From: Bacteroidota bacterium
Lineage (GTDB): Bacteria; Bacteroidota; Bacteroidia; Flavobacteriales; Flavobacteriaceae
DNA length: 24,000 bases
Direction of reading: 5' to 3'
NCBI GenBank assembly: GCA_043769905.1
Contig: JAYVIW010000080.1
Span: 41,942 to 65,941, forward strand
Shown here: positions 1 to 9,260 of the stretch, piece after piece
Numbering within the stretch: position 1 is the first letter of the stretch
How the letters are laid out: each line of letters starts with the position of its first letter
Notes under the pieces: generated by a model
What the model was told of the DNA's origin: nothing
What the model saw: the letters and a program-made list of their open reading frames with translations, nothing else
Databases searched by the model: none
Made by a program: the position numbers and the translations under genes

Positions 1-1
1 A

Positions 2-694
2 GGCTCTATGCAATTGCAAGGCGAAATTATGGAATTGGCAATTGAAGAATGGTTGACTAATAATTTTCCTTTAGATACCATCGATGAAATAAAGAAAGGT
101 GTCAATGGAGCAGATTGTTTGCAAACAGTAAACACAAGAGAAACAGGCAATTGCGGAACAATATACTATGAAAGCAAACGCACCAAAAACTTTCAACCCT
201 CTTGGATAGAAAAGTTCAAAAATGATATTCGTGATAAAAAAGCCAATATCGGCGTTTTGGTAACAGAAGTTTTGCCAACTGGAATGGACAGATTGGGCTT
301 TAAAGAAGGAATCTGGATTTGTACATTTGAAGAATTTAAAGGTTTGAGCGCCGTTTTGAGGCAATCATTAATTCAAATAAGTAAAGCGGTACAAACCCAA
401 GAAAACAAAGGCGACAAAATGGCCATGTTGTATGATTTTTTGACAAGCAATGAGTTTCATTTACAAATAGAAGCAATTGTAGAAGGATTCACGCAAATGC
501 AAGCTGATTTGGATCAAGAAAAACGTGCCATGCAGCGCATTTGGAAACAGCGAGAAAAACAATTAGACAAAGTTGTTGACAACACAATTGGCATGTATGG
601 CGCTATAAAAGGCATTGCTGGCAATGCAATTCAATCAATTAAAGCTTTGGAATTGGGTCAACCTGAACGCTTTGAAGATTTAGAATTGTTATAA
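2..694 (+). CDS. DUF2130-family protein, C-terminal part (5' end lies outside the window)
   Basis: The reading frame is open from base 2. The pattern GADCLQTV...GTIYYESKRTKNFQPSWIEKFKNDIRDKKANIGVLVTEVLP...GIWIC, followed by a helical tail with EKRAMQRIWKQREKQLDKV...MYGAIKGIAG, matches what I recognise as DUF2130. Confidence 0.75.
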   Translation, partial: GSMQLQGEIMELAIEEWLTNNFPLDTIDEIKKGVNGADCLQTVNTRETGNCGTIYYESKRTKNFQPSWIEKFKNDIRDKKANIGVLVTEVLPTGMDRLGFKEGIWICTFEEFKGLSAVLRQSLIQISKAVQTQENKGDKMAMLYDFLTSNEFHLQIEAIVEGFTQMQADLDQEKRAMQRIWKQREKQLDKVVDNTIGMYGAIKGIAGNAIQSIKALELGQPERFEDLELL

Positions 695-746
695 TTTTTT
701 TTGAAAATTAACGCGTTTTCTAAAACACAAATTATCTCAATTTAGT

Positions 747-754
747 TATATTTG
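747..754 (+). promoter_or_regulatory. Bacteroidota-type -7 promoter box (TATATTTG) upstream of ffh
   Basis: Exact match to the TAnnTTTG consensus, 23 nt upstream of the ffh ATG. Confidence 0.35.
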
Positions 755-776
755 CACAACTTAAAAAAAAATTAAT

Positions 777-2132
777 ATGTTCAGTAATTTAAGCGAAAAA
801 TTAGACAAAGCATTACATACATTAAAAGGTCACGGAAAAATATCCGAAATTAATGTTGCCGAAACACTAAAGGAAGTCCGTCGTGCCCTACTTGATGCCG
901 ATGTTAACTTCAAAATTGCTAAAGATTTCACGACCAAAGTCAAAGAAAAAGCTATAGGTCAAAACGTATTAACAACATTGCAACCAGGGCAATTGCTAGT
1001 CAAATTAGTGAAAGACGAATTGACCGAATTAATGGGTGGCGATGTTGCAGGAATTAATTTGTCGGGCAATCCAACAGTCATTTTGATGTCAGGATTACAA
1101 GGTTCAGGAAAAACTACTTTTTCAGGAAAGTTAGCCAATTTTTTAAAAACCAAAAAAAATAAAAAACCAATGTTGGTTGCTTGTGATGTTTATCGTCCTG
1201 CAGCAATCAATCAATTGCATGTTGTTGGAGACCAAATTGGTGTCGAAGTTTACTCCGAATTAGGCAATAATAATCCGGTTGAAATTGCAACCAACGCTGT
1301 AAAATATGCCAAAGAAAAAGGTTATAATGTTGTAATTGTCGATACTGCAGGTCGTTTGGCAGTCGATAGTGAAATGATGGACGAAATTTCGAGAGTTCAT
1401 AAGGCATTAAATCCGCAAGAGACGTTATTTGTTGTCGATGCCATGACTGGTCAAGATGCTGTGAACACAGCAAAAGCTTTTAACGATATATTGAATTTTG
1501 ATGGCGTAATTTTAACGAAATTAGATGGCGATACACGCGGTGGAGCAGCAATTTCTATAAAATCTGTGGTCAACAAGCCCATAAAATTTGTTGGAACTGG
1601 CGAAAAAATGGACGCAATAGACGTATTCTATCCGGAACGTATGGCAGAACGAATCTTAGGAATGGGAGACGTTGTGTCGCTTGTTGAACGAGCGCAAGAA
1701 CAATTTGACGAGGAAGAAGCCCGAAAATTGCAAAAGAAAATAGCCAAAAACGAGTTTGGTTTTGATGATTTCTTGACCCAAATTCAACAGGTTAAAAAAA
1801 TGGGAAACATGAAAGATTTGGTTGGTATGATTCCTGGAGCATCAAAAGCGATGAAAGACGTCGAAATTCAAGATGATGCATTTAAACATATTGAAGCGAT
1901 TATTTATTCGATGACACCAATTGAGCGCAGTAAACCAACATTGATTGATGTTAAAAGAAAAGCGAGAATTGCAAAAGGTTCAGGACGAAAAATTGAAGAA
2001 GTAAATCAGTTAATGAAACAATTTGACCAAATGAGCAAAATGATGAAAATGATGCAAGGTCCAGGCGGAAAAAATATGATGAAAATGATGGGTAACATGA
2101 AAGGTGGCGGTATGCCATTGGGAATGCGTTAA
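777..2132 (+). CDS. ffh: Signal recognition particle protein Ffh (SRP54-type GTPase)
   Basis: 451 aa. GTPase motifs GLQGSGKTT, DTAGR and TKLDGD are present. The C-terminal M domain is Met-rich (MSKMMKMMQGPGGKNMMKMMGNMKGGGM). Confidence 0.97.
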   Translation: MFSNLSEKLDKALHTLKGHGKISEINVAETLKEVRRALLDADVNFKIAKDFTTKVKEKAIGQNVLTTLQPGQLLVKLVKDELTELMGGDVAGINLSGNPTVILMSGLQGSGKTTFSGKLANFLKTKKNKKPMLVACDVYRPAAINQLHVVGDQIGVEVYSELGNNNPVEIATNAVKYAKEKGYNVVIVDTAGRLAVDSEMMDEISRVHKALNPQETLFVVDAMTGQDAVNTAKAFNDILNFDGVILTKLDGDTRGGAAISIKSVVNKPIKFVGTGEKMDAIDVFYPERMAERILGMGDVVSLVERAQEQFDEEEARKLQKKIAKNEFGFDDFLTQIQQVKKMGNMKDLVGMIPGASKAMKDVEIQDDAFKHIEAIIYSMTPIERSKPTLIDVKRKARIAKGSGRKIEEVNQLMKQFDQMSKMMKMMQGPGGKNMMKMMGNMKGGGMPLGMR

Positions 2133-2172
2133 AAAGTTTTAAGTTAAAAACAACAACAACATATATCCAAAA

Positions 2173-3051
2173 ATGATTCTACTAGACGGAAAAAAAACAG
2201 CCAACGACATCAAAATCGAAATAACAGCAGAAGTCGATTTGATGAAAGCCAATAACGAAAAAGTGCCTCATTTGGCAGCAATAATTGTTGGTAACGATGG
2301 AGCGAGTATGACTTATGTCGCCAATAAAGTACGTGCCTGTGAGCGAGTAGGTTTTGAATCTACCCTTGTAAAAATGCCCAGCACAACATCGGAAACCGAG
2401 TTATTAAAAAAAATCAAAAAACTAAATGAAGACGATAATATTGACGGATTTATAGTACAATTACCCCTACCAGAGCAAATTGACACTCAAAAAGTATTGT
2501 TGACAATTGATCCAAGCAAAGATGTTGATGGATTTCATCCTGAAAATTTTGGAAAAATGGCACTAGACATGACGACATTCATCCCTGCAACACCGTTTGG
2601 AATACTTGAATTACTTGAGCGGTATGGAGTTGAAACAAAAGGAAAACATACGGTCGTAATTGGTAGAAGCCACATTGTTGGTAGACCAATGAGCATTTTG
2701 ATGGGACGAAAAGGTTTTCCTGGCAACTCAACAGTAACGTTAACACATAGTTATACCAAAAACATTGCACAAATAACTACTCAAGCTGACATTATTATAA
2801 CGGCACTTGGCGTTCCTAATTACTTAAAAGCCGAGATGATTAAAGACGGTGCAGTAATTATTGATGTTGGAATAACTCGTGTCAATAATGATTCAGAAAA
2901 AGGATATGCAATTGTTGGCGATGTAGATTTTGAAAATGTAAGCAAAAAAGCATCTCATATTACTCCAGTTCCTGGTGGTGTTGGTCCAATGACCATTGCT
3001 ATGTTGCTAAAAAACACACTGTTGGCGCGCGAAATGAGAAGGATTAAGTAA
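2173..3051 (+). CDS. folD: Bifunctional methylenetetrahydrofolate dehydrogenase / methenyl-THF cyclohydrolase FolD
   Basis: 292 aa. Motifs ILDGKK, LAAIIVGNDGASMTYVANK, DGFHPENFG, VVIGRSHIVGRPM and TPVPGGVGPMT. Lies 40 nt downstream of ffh and is probably co-transcribed. Confidence 0.95.
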   Translation: MILLDGKKTANDIKIEITAEVDLMKANNEKVPHLAAIIVGNDGASMTYVANKVRACERVGFESTLVKMPSTTSETELLKKIKKLNEDDNIDGFIVQLPLPEQIDTQKVLLTIDPSKDVDGFHPENFGKMALDMTTFIPATPFGILELLERYGVETKGKHTVVIGRSHIVGRPMSILMGRKGFPGNSTVTLTHSYTKNIAQITTQADIIITALGVPNYLKAEMIKDGAVIIDVGITRVNNDSEKGYAIVGDVDFENVSKKASHITPVPGGVGPMTIAMLLKNTLLAREMRRIK

Positions 3052-3184
3052 TTTTTTTTGGATAAAAATTACATATATACAAACTGGTTTTACCTAAATT
3101 TTATTTAAATTTTTATTTTCTTAAACACTTCTATATTTTTATAAAATTCTAGAGTTAAAATATTAAATTTTGTTTATAACTAAT

Positions 3185-3997
3185 TTAATAATCTGATTTC
3201 CCTTTAAATCGAATATCATCGCGTTTTATAAACTCTGTTTTTCTTTTTATAGCTTGGGGCTTAACAAAACTGGCTTCCTCTGTTTTGCTAGATGGTGCTA
3301 TGAGTATGTTGAGTTCCAAAATTTCACTGTCGGTCAAATCTCGATACCTGCCAATTGGAACATCCAAGTTGATATTGATAATTCTTGTGCGTTTCAAAGC
3401 GGTAACTTCATAACCAAGGTATTCGCACATTCTACGAATTTGACGGTTGAGACCTTGAGTCAAAATAATTCTAAATACTGTTTTACTAATTTGTTCTACT
3501 TTGCATTTTTTGGTAATTGTATCTAGAATTGGCAGACCATTACTCATTTTATCAATAAATCTGTCAGTTATTAGTTTATTGACTGTAACAACATATTCTT
3601 TTTCATGGTTGTTTCTTGCACGTAAAATTTTGTTGACAATATCGCCATCGTTGGTCATAAATATTAAACCTTCACTGGCTTTATCGAGGCGACCAATCGG
3701 GAAAATTCTTTTCGGATAGTTTATATAATCTACAATATTATAGCGCACTTCAAGGTTTGTGGTACATTCTATACCGACCGGTTTATTAAATGCTAAATAA
3801 ATTGGTTTTTCTTTCTTGTCATGAATTAATCTTCCATCAACACGAACTTCATCTTGGTTTGAAACTTTGGTTCCCAATTCAGGCAAAACACCATTAATTG
3901 TTATTCGACCAGCATCGAGCAATTTGTCAGCTTCGCGACGAGAACAATAGCCAGTTTCTGATAGAAATTTATTTATTCGCGTTAGTTCGTTTTGCAT
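3185..3997 (-). CDS. rluF: rRNA pseudouridine synthase, RsuA/RluB/E/F family (RluF-like)
   Basis: 270 aa. N-terminal S4 domain (INKFLSETGYCSRREADKLL), catalytic motif GRLDKASEGLIFMTNDG, and a basic C-terminal tail. The specific RluF assignment is by resemblance only. Confidence 0.8.
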   Translation of the reverse strand: MQNELTRINKFLSETGYCSRREADKLLDAGRITINGVLPELGTKVSNQDEVRVDGRLIHDKKEKPIYLAFNKPVGIECTTNLEVRYNIVDYINYPKRIFPIGRLDKASEGLIFMTNDGDIVNKILRARNNHEKEYVVTVNKLITDRFIDKMSNGLPILDTITKKCKVEQISKTVFRIILTQGLNRQIRRMCEYLGYEVTALKRTRIININLDVPIGRYRDLTDSEILELNILIAPSSKTEEASFVKPQAIKRKTEFIKRDDIRFKGKSDY

Positions 3998-4073
3998 TAG
4001 TATTGATAGAAATTATATGATTTTTTACTGCAAAGGTAATCAAAACGATAAGAAAATGAATTGGCGACATTTT

Positions 4074-4106
4074 AAAAAAATGCTTTTAAGATTAATTCAA
4101 AGCATT
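4074..4106 (-). terminator. Putative rho-independent terminator (minus strand) upstream of rluF
   Basis: 8-bp stem AATGCTTT/AAAGCATT (4079-4086 / 4099-4106) with a 12-nt loop. Read on the minus strand it is followed by a short T run (complement of A4074-4078) and preceded by T15 (complement of 4111-4125). Confidence 0.35.
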
Positions 4107-4542
4107 CTTTAAAAAAAAAAAAAAATTTACTTGTACTTAGTTAACGATTATTTTTTAGCTTGTTATTAAATTATTTGAATCAGTCAAATCTAAAATACAA
4201 ATTTCTGATGTATTGATTGGGTTTATAGCAATTTGATTGTAATTTGACACGAGCAAAATAATTTTATTTTCTAATATTTTTCCCTGAATATGGCATATTT
4301 TTAAATAAACATTGTTTTAAATTTCCTTAAGCATTTATGGATAATAGTCCAGCATTAATTTTGTTACTTGACATCTCTAAATTTCTAATAATGAAGTCGT
4401 TATTGACAAGTGCTGAGAACCTTAAACCTAACCATGAACCAGAAAGACTAACCAGCCAGCGCGACCAGTAGGAACTCCAAAATCATTTTGTCTAAATTAC
4501 AAATGATCAACATTGCCAATTGTATCATTTCATGCTGCGGTT

Positions 4543-4725
4543 TCAGAATTTGCACTTGCTGGCTTGCCACACAACATTGATCGGTTTACACAATTTCGAA
4601 TAACATAGTGGGTTTTTCCAACAATTTTTGTGCAGCAGTGTAACGAGTAAAAATATCCCTAAAACTGCAGAAGCTTGAGAAACAATTGCAAAATTGATAA
4701 ATACTAGAAATGCTATTTTTTTCAT
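4543..4725 (-). CDS. Small (60-aa) predicted secreted/membrane Cys-containing peptide, hypothetical
   Basis: An internal ATG of the 96-aa track ORF gives MKKIAFLVFINFAIVSQASA (signal-peptide-like), then a hydrophobic stretch and four Cys (C-x6-C-x4-C...C). I recognise no homology. Confidence 0.3.
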   Translation of the reverse strand: MKKIAFLVFINFAIVSQASAVLGIFLLVTLLHKNCWKNPLCYSKLCKPINVVWQASKCKF

Positions 4726-4818
4726 GTTGTAATTTTCAAAAAAATAAACTAAAAAATTAATTATTTGAAAAGGCATGATTTTTAATGCAATACAATTACT
4801 TTTACAAAAAAAACGGTT

Positions 4819-6192
4819 TTGAATATAAAACAATATACTAAAGAATTTTCATACAATATACAATTAGCATATCCTGTAATTCTGGGAATGTTAGGTCACA
4901 CCCTAATTGGGATTGTCGACAATTTTATGGTTGGCAACTTAGGTTCGACAGAGTTGGCCGCAGTTTCTTTGGGCAATAGTTTTATTTTTATTGGTTTGTC
5001 GCTAGGAATTGGTTTTTCAACAGCGATAACACCCTTAATTGCTGAAGCTGATGCTGAAAAAGACATCAAAAAAATTCGAACTACTTTTCATCATGGTTTG
5101 CTGTTATGTACTATTCTAGGTTTCTTTTTATTTGTAATTATAGTCTTGTCCAAATCACTAATGCAATTTATGAACCAACCGCCCGAGGTTGTGGCAATGG
5201 CTGCTCCATATATAGATTGGGTAGCTTTTTCTTTAATTCCAGTAGTTATTTATCAGGGTTACAAGCAGTTTGCCGATGGATTAAGCCAAACCAAATATTC
5301 GATGATTTCGATATATTTGGCCAATGTGGTACACATTTTTTTTAATTATGTTTTTATTTACGGATTTTGGGTTTTTCCAGAAATGGGAATTATTGGTGCA
5401 GCACTCGGAACAGTAATTTCCCGAATTATGATGGTCGTTTTCATGCATTATTTATTAAAATATGACAAAGATATCAAGCAATATTTTAAGAATTTTAGTT
5501 TCAAAGAAATCAAAAAATCAATAATTATCAAAATTATTAATTTAGGTTTTCCTTCAGCAATGCAAATGTTGTTCGAAGTTGCCTTGTTCACAGCTGCAAT
5601 TTGGCTATCTGGATCATTGGGCAAAAACAATCAGGCTGCCAATCAAATTGCCTTGACATTGGCATCGGCGACTTTTATGTTTGCAATGGGATTAAGCGTT
5701 ACAGCAATGATAAGAGTTGGTAATTACAAAGGTTTGAATGATTTTAAACAACTAATTGTTGCAGCCAAATCGATTTTTTTGATGGCAATAATTCTAGAAA
5801 TTTTGTTTGCCTTATTATTTGTTATTTTTCATAAATCTCTACCTCATTTATTTTTGAATATGAATAATGCAAACGAAGTAATTGACAACCAAGAAATTAT
5901 TCTCATTACTTCAAAATTATTATTAACAGCCGCCATTTTTCAAATTTCAGATGGCATTCAAGTAGTTGTTTTAGGCGCTTTGCGTGGTTTGCAAGATGTC
6001 AAAATCCCAATGTATATTACGTTTATTGCTTATTGGGTTATTGGTTTTCCTATCTCCTACTATTTAGGAAAATATACTGATTTAAAAGCCGTTGGAATCT
6101 GGATTGGACTTTTGGCTGGATTGTCGGTTGCAGCGATTTTACTTTATATTCGTTTTAACAGATTGACAAGTAAATTTACAAGTTCTAGATAA
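4819..6192 (+). CDS. MATE family efflux transporter
   Basis: 457 aa and hydrophobic throughout, with about 12 TM segments. The N-terminus is MATE-like (KEFSYNIQLAYPVILGMLGHTLIGIVDNFMVG). The start is a TTG at 4819; the next in-frame Met would truncate the conserved N-terminus. Confidence 0.88.
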   Translation: MNIKQYTKEFSYNIQLAYPVILGMLGHTLIGIVDNFMVGNLGSTELAAVSLGNSFIFIGLSLGIGFSTAITPLIAEADAEKDIKKIRTTFHHGLLLCTILGFFLFVIIVLSKSLMQFMNQPPEVVAMAAPYIDWVAFSLIPVVIYQGYKQFADGLSQTKYSMISIYLANVVHIFFNYVFIYGFWVFPEMGIIGAALGTVISRIMMVVFMHYLLKYDKDIKQYFKNFSFKEIKKSIIIKIINLGFPSAMQMLFEVALFTAAIWLSGSLGKNNQAANQIALTLASATFMFAMGLSVTAMIRVGNYKGLNDFKQLIVAAKSIFLMAIILEILFALLFVIFHKSLPHLFLNMNNANEVIDNQEIILITSKLLLTAAIFQISDGIQVVVLGALRGLQDVKIPMYITFIAYWVIGFPISYYLGKYTDLKAVGIWIGLLAGLSVAAILLYIRFNRLTSKFTSSR

Positions 6193-6438
6193 TCAAAAAA
6201 ATAAATATTTATTTAATTGGCATAATATGTGAGATTTTTTTATTTAAAAATTAAATTCAAGGGTTTTAATACAATTAATATATTCTACAATATAGAAATA
6301 TAATTTCCAAATAATGCATCTATATTGATTTAAATTTTACTTATTCAAATCTGAATTTTCAACTTATAAATATTTACAAAAATTTGTAACATAAAATAAA
6401 AACCAACGTATAATAAATGTAATTTAAAATTTATAAAA

Positions 6439-7347
6439 ATGATACTATTAATTGTTCTAGGTTGTATTTTGTTGTTTGTGGGTTTTACTATTAAAAATAA
6501 TTTTAACAACCCGTTTGCCAAATATTCAAGTGTCTTAAAAATAATTGGCGTTGCAATTATCGGATTAGGCATGTTTTCGGGAATGTTCAAACAAATTGAT
6601 GCCGGAAATGTTGGTGTACAATCGTTATACGGAAACGTGCAAAGCGAAGTTCTCACAAGTGGTTTGAATCTCATAAATCCGCTGATGGAGGTAACCAACC
6701 TAACGATTCAAACTCAAAATTACACCATGTCAGCCATACATAGTGAAGGCGAAAAAGAAGGCGATGATGCTATTAGAGTTTTATCTGCTGATGGTCTTGA
6801 AGTTGTAATAGATTTAACGGTTCTTTACAGAATTTTGCCAGCCGATGCACCGAAAATCATCAGAACTATTGGTATTGACTATACTGACAAAATTGTGAGA
6901 CCAATAACCCGAACGCGCATTCGTGACAACGCAGTTTACTATGATGCTGTGGCTCTTTATTCTACCAAAAGAAACGAGTTTCAACAGCGAATTTTCAAAA
7001 CAATCGAAACTGATTTCAAAACACGAGGTTTGGTACTTGAACAACTTTTGATTAGAAATATCAATTTGCCATCATCAGTAAAGACTACAATCGAAAGTAA
7101 AATCAATGCCGAACAAGATGCTCAAAAAATGCAGTTTGTATTGCAAAAAGAAAAACAAGAAGCCGAAAGAAAAAGAGTGGAAGCTCAAGGAATAGCCGAT
7201 TACCAACGCATTATTTCGACAGGATTGTCCGACAAACAATTGCAATATGAAGCCATTAAAGCTCAAAAAGAATTGGCAGCATCTCCTAATACCAAAATTA
7301 TTTTTATGGGAAAAGGTAACGGATCTGTCATTTTATCTGATAAGTAG
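6439..7347 (+). CDS. SPFH/band-7 (prohibitin/HflC-like) domain membrane protein
   Basis: 302 aa. Two N-terminal hydrophobic segments, an SPFH-like core (IDAGNVGVQSLYGNV...GLNLINPLMEV...), then a charged coiled-coil (EQDAQKMQFVLQKEKQEAERKRVEAQG). Confidence 0.88.
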   Translation: MILLIVLGCILLFVGFTIKNNFNNPFAKYSSVLKIIGVAIIGLGMFSGMFKQIDAGNVGVQSLYGNVQSEVLTSGLNLINPLMEVTNLTIQTQNYTMSAIHSEGEKEGDDAIRVLSADGLEVVIDLTVLYRILPADAPKIIRTIGIDYTDKIVRPITRTRIRDNAVYYDAVALYSTKRNEFQQRIFKTIETDFKTRGLVLEQLLIRNINLPSSVKTTIESKINAEQDAQKMQFVLQKEKQEAERKRVEAQGIADYQRIISTGLSDKQLQYEAIKAQKELAASPNTKIIFMGKGNGSVILSDK

Positions 7348-7427
7348 AATAAAAGACATCAAATATTATTACCTGACGTTTTGTTATTTATATTTAAAAT
7401 TTTAAGTTTAATATCTAATATATAAAA

Positions 7428-7655
7428 ATGGAATTACCAAAATTTTTACTCGGCGACAATACCGATTTTCCCGATGATATTTTCATCATTCATCTTGATT
7501 ATCCTCGTTTTATTATCAATTTAAAAGATGATGAAGTCGAATTTATGGAAGAAGCCGAAGACCTTGACGAAGGTGAACTTAATGCCGAAATGGAAGGTTT
7601 AATAGTGCTTGCAAATGAATTTTATGACCGTGAAATTAGTCTATATGAAGAATAA
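7428..7655 (+). CDS. Small acidic hypothetical protein (75 aa)
   Basis: Clean ORF in an otherwise empty gap with coding-like composition. No domain recognised. Confidence 0.5.
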   Translation: MELPKFLLGDNTDFPDDIFIIHLDYPRFIINLKDDEVEFMEEAEDLDEGELNAEMEGLIVLANEFYDREISLYEE

Positions 7656-7677
7656 ATACAAGAGTTTTTTAAAATTA

Positions 7678-9153
7678 TTATTTAAAAAATTGCTCTAAAC
7701 CAATAGGTAATCTATCGATATACATTTCGTTAGTAAAATCCTGCAAGTCGTTTTCAATATTTTCGAACACTCTTGTAGGATTTTGTCTTAAACCACGGTT
7801 TCTAAAACCTATCAAATCTAAGGCTTTTTTTAACATTGGTTCATTGGCATCTCCCAAAATGCCTAAATTGTCAACGTTTTCTGATAATGTGTTAGATGTT
7901 TGTGGCAACAAACCATTTTCGTATTCGCCAAAATTATCCTTATTAACTATCTTTAAAACGAGTGGTTGCATTGCATATTTGTGATTACGATTTGCACCTG
8001 ATTTTCCAAAATTTGGTGAGTCATATAAGGTTACCGAACCCGCATTTTTGCCAATTGTTTTTGTTCCTATTTGAATAACATCAATATAAGGTTTTAAACC
8101 ATTGATGACCAGCTCACTCGCTGATGCTGTTCTTTCGGTTGTTAAAATATAGACTTTGGATAAATTCAAATGATTAATACCAACTCCAGCAATATTATTA
8201 ACAAAAAAATTGGTCAACGCGTTTGGATTATTAGCCAATAAATAAGTTTGTAATCTTGGGTTCCATTGTTCTTTTGCAAATACTTGACCGTTAAATTGTC
8301 CTGTAATCATGCTCGCCAAATAGGTCGCAGTTTGAATAGAACCACCACCATTATACCGCAAATCAAGAACCAAATCAGTTATGTTTCCTGCGGATAATTG
8401 TCCAATAGCATTATTCAAATCTAAATCAAAATTGGCCGTAAAAGCATTATACATCAAATATCCAATTTTTTTGCTACCTACGGTGATCGATTTGACAATA
8501 TGTATTGGGTTTTCGATCATTTGACTTTTCGTTAATGCTAATGAAACCCCATTTGGAGTGAGTGTTCCGTTCACGAAAGAAGCAAAATTCATAGTATAAT
8601 TATCAGCAGCAAGTAAACTATTTCTGTTAGCCAGAGTTAACGTGGTACCATTTATCGCATAAAAAAGATCACCCCGCTTTACGTTTTTATTGGCCGCATC
8701 AGAATTTGGTAAAACATAACGCACAAAACCAAATATTGGCCCAGAATTACCACTTACATACTTATAATCAGCAGAAATTCCGCTTGTTGTTCTTATTCCT
8801 TGAAACGAATTTTCTAGAATAGAATAATCATCGACAATAATGCTATATTTATCAATTGCTTGATTTGAAGCACCAAAGAGACTTACGGGTTTGTATAACA
8901 AAGATTGAAAAACTTGCTCTGGTGCGCCTTTAGTTTTTAAAAAATCATTTAAAAAAAACGGATTTCCAAAACGCATATCATCTAAATCAGGAACATTTTG
9001 CTGCCATAAATAATAATTGTTCAAACCTTTCCATATAAAATTCTGAACCTCAGTATTTGAGTCCTGAAGTAAATTATCATCATTATCAGTACAATTCACA
9101 AACAATGAGGATACTATCAATCCAAATAAAATATTTTTAAAAGAAAATTTCAT
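7678..9153 (-). CDS. S41-family (C-terminal processing/tail-specific type) peptidase, lipoprotein
   Basis: 491 aa. Lipoprotein signal ending LFVNC. S41 motifs LVLDLRYNGGGS, TTERTASASE (Ser nucleophile region) and GTKTIGK. Confidence 0.85.
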   Translation of the reverse strand: MKFSFKNILFGLIVSSLFVNCTDNDDNLLQDSNTEVQNFIWKGLNNYYLWQQNVPDLDDMRFGNPFFLNDFLKTKGAPEQVFQSLLYKPVSLFGASNQAIDKYSIIVDDYSILENSFQGIRTTSGISADYKYVSGNSGPIFGFVRYVLPNSDAANKNVKRGDLFYAINGTTLTLANRNSLLAADNYTMNFASFVNGTLTPNGVSLALTKSQMIENPIHIVKSITVGSKKIGYLMYNAFTANFDLDLNNAIGQLSAGNITDLVLDLRYNGGGSIQTATYLASMITGQFNGQVFAKEQWNPRLQTYLLANNPNALTNFFVNNIAGVGINHLNLSKVYILTTERTASASELVINGLKPYIDVIQIGTKTIGKNAGSVTLYDSPNFGKSGANRNHKYAMQPLVLKIVNKDNFGEYENGLLPQTSNTLSENVDNLGILGDANEPMLKKALDLIGFRNRGLRQNPTRVFENIENDLQDFTNEMYIDRLPIGLEQFFK

Positions 9154-9174
9154 AGCTACAGTTAAGTTGTGTTA

Positions 9175-9182
9175 CAAAAATA
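9175..9182 (-). promoter_or_regulatory. Bacteroidota-type -7 box (TATTTTTG on the minus strand) for the S41 peptidase gene
   Basis: Matches TAnnTTTG, 22 nt upstream of the ATG at 9153. Confidence 0.3.
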
Positions 9183-9212
9183 ATAAATTTTTATACTATT
9201 TTATTATTATTT

Positions 9213-9238
9213 GTAACAAAAGATAAATACATTCGTCT
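9213..9238 (+). promoter_or_regulatory. ECF-type promoter GTAAC-N16-CGTCT upstream of the ECF sigma gene
   Basis: GTAAC (9213-9217), an exactly 16-nt spacer, then CGTCT (9234-9238). It lies 23 nt before the ATG at 9261 and matches the generic ECF -35 'GAAC' / -10 'CGTC' layout. Confidence 0.45.
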
Positions 9239-9260
9239 TGACTATAACAACGAATTGTTT

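Noticed and set aside
71-364. Antisense or out-of-frame ORFs of 60-127 aa lying inside well-supported genes. Examples: 71-364, 959-1153, 1207-1473, 2535-2770, 3254-3719, 5106-5630, 6345-6698, 6814-7266, 9502-9952, 10888-11271, 12177-12398, 12769-13117, 15147-15329, 17487-17672, 20212-20400, 21687-21875 and 23049-23876.
   Set aside because: Each overlaps a longer ORF with clear conserved motifs. Their translations are low-complexity or Cys/Phe/Leu-rich, as expected from reading AT-rich coding DNA in the wrong frame.
9154-9178. Left arm of the GTTACAAA/TTTGTAAC inverted repeat as a second ECF promoter driving the S41 peptidase gene.
   Set aside because: On the minus strand GTAAC is only 17 nt from the ATG of a gene whose lipoprotein signal fixes the start. 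No CGTC element follows at the required spacing. A TAnnTTTG housekeeping-type box fits better.
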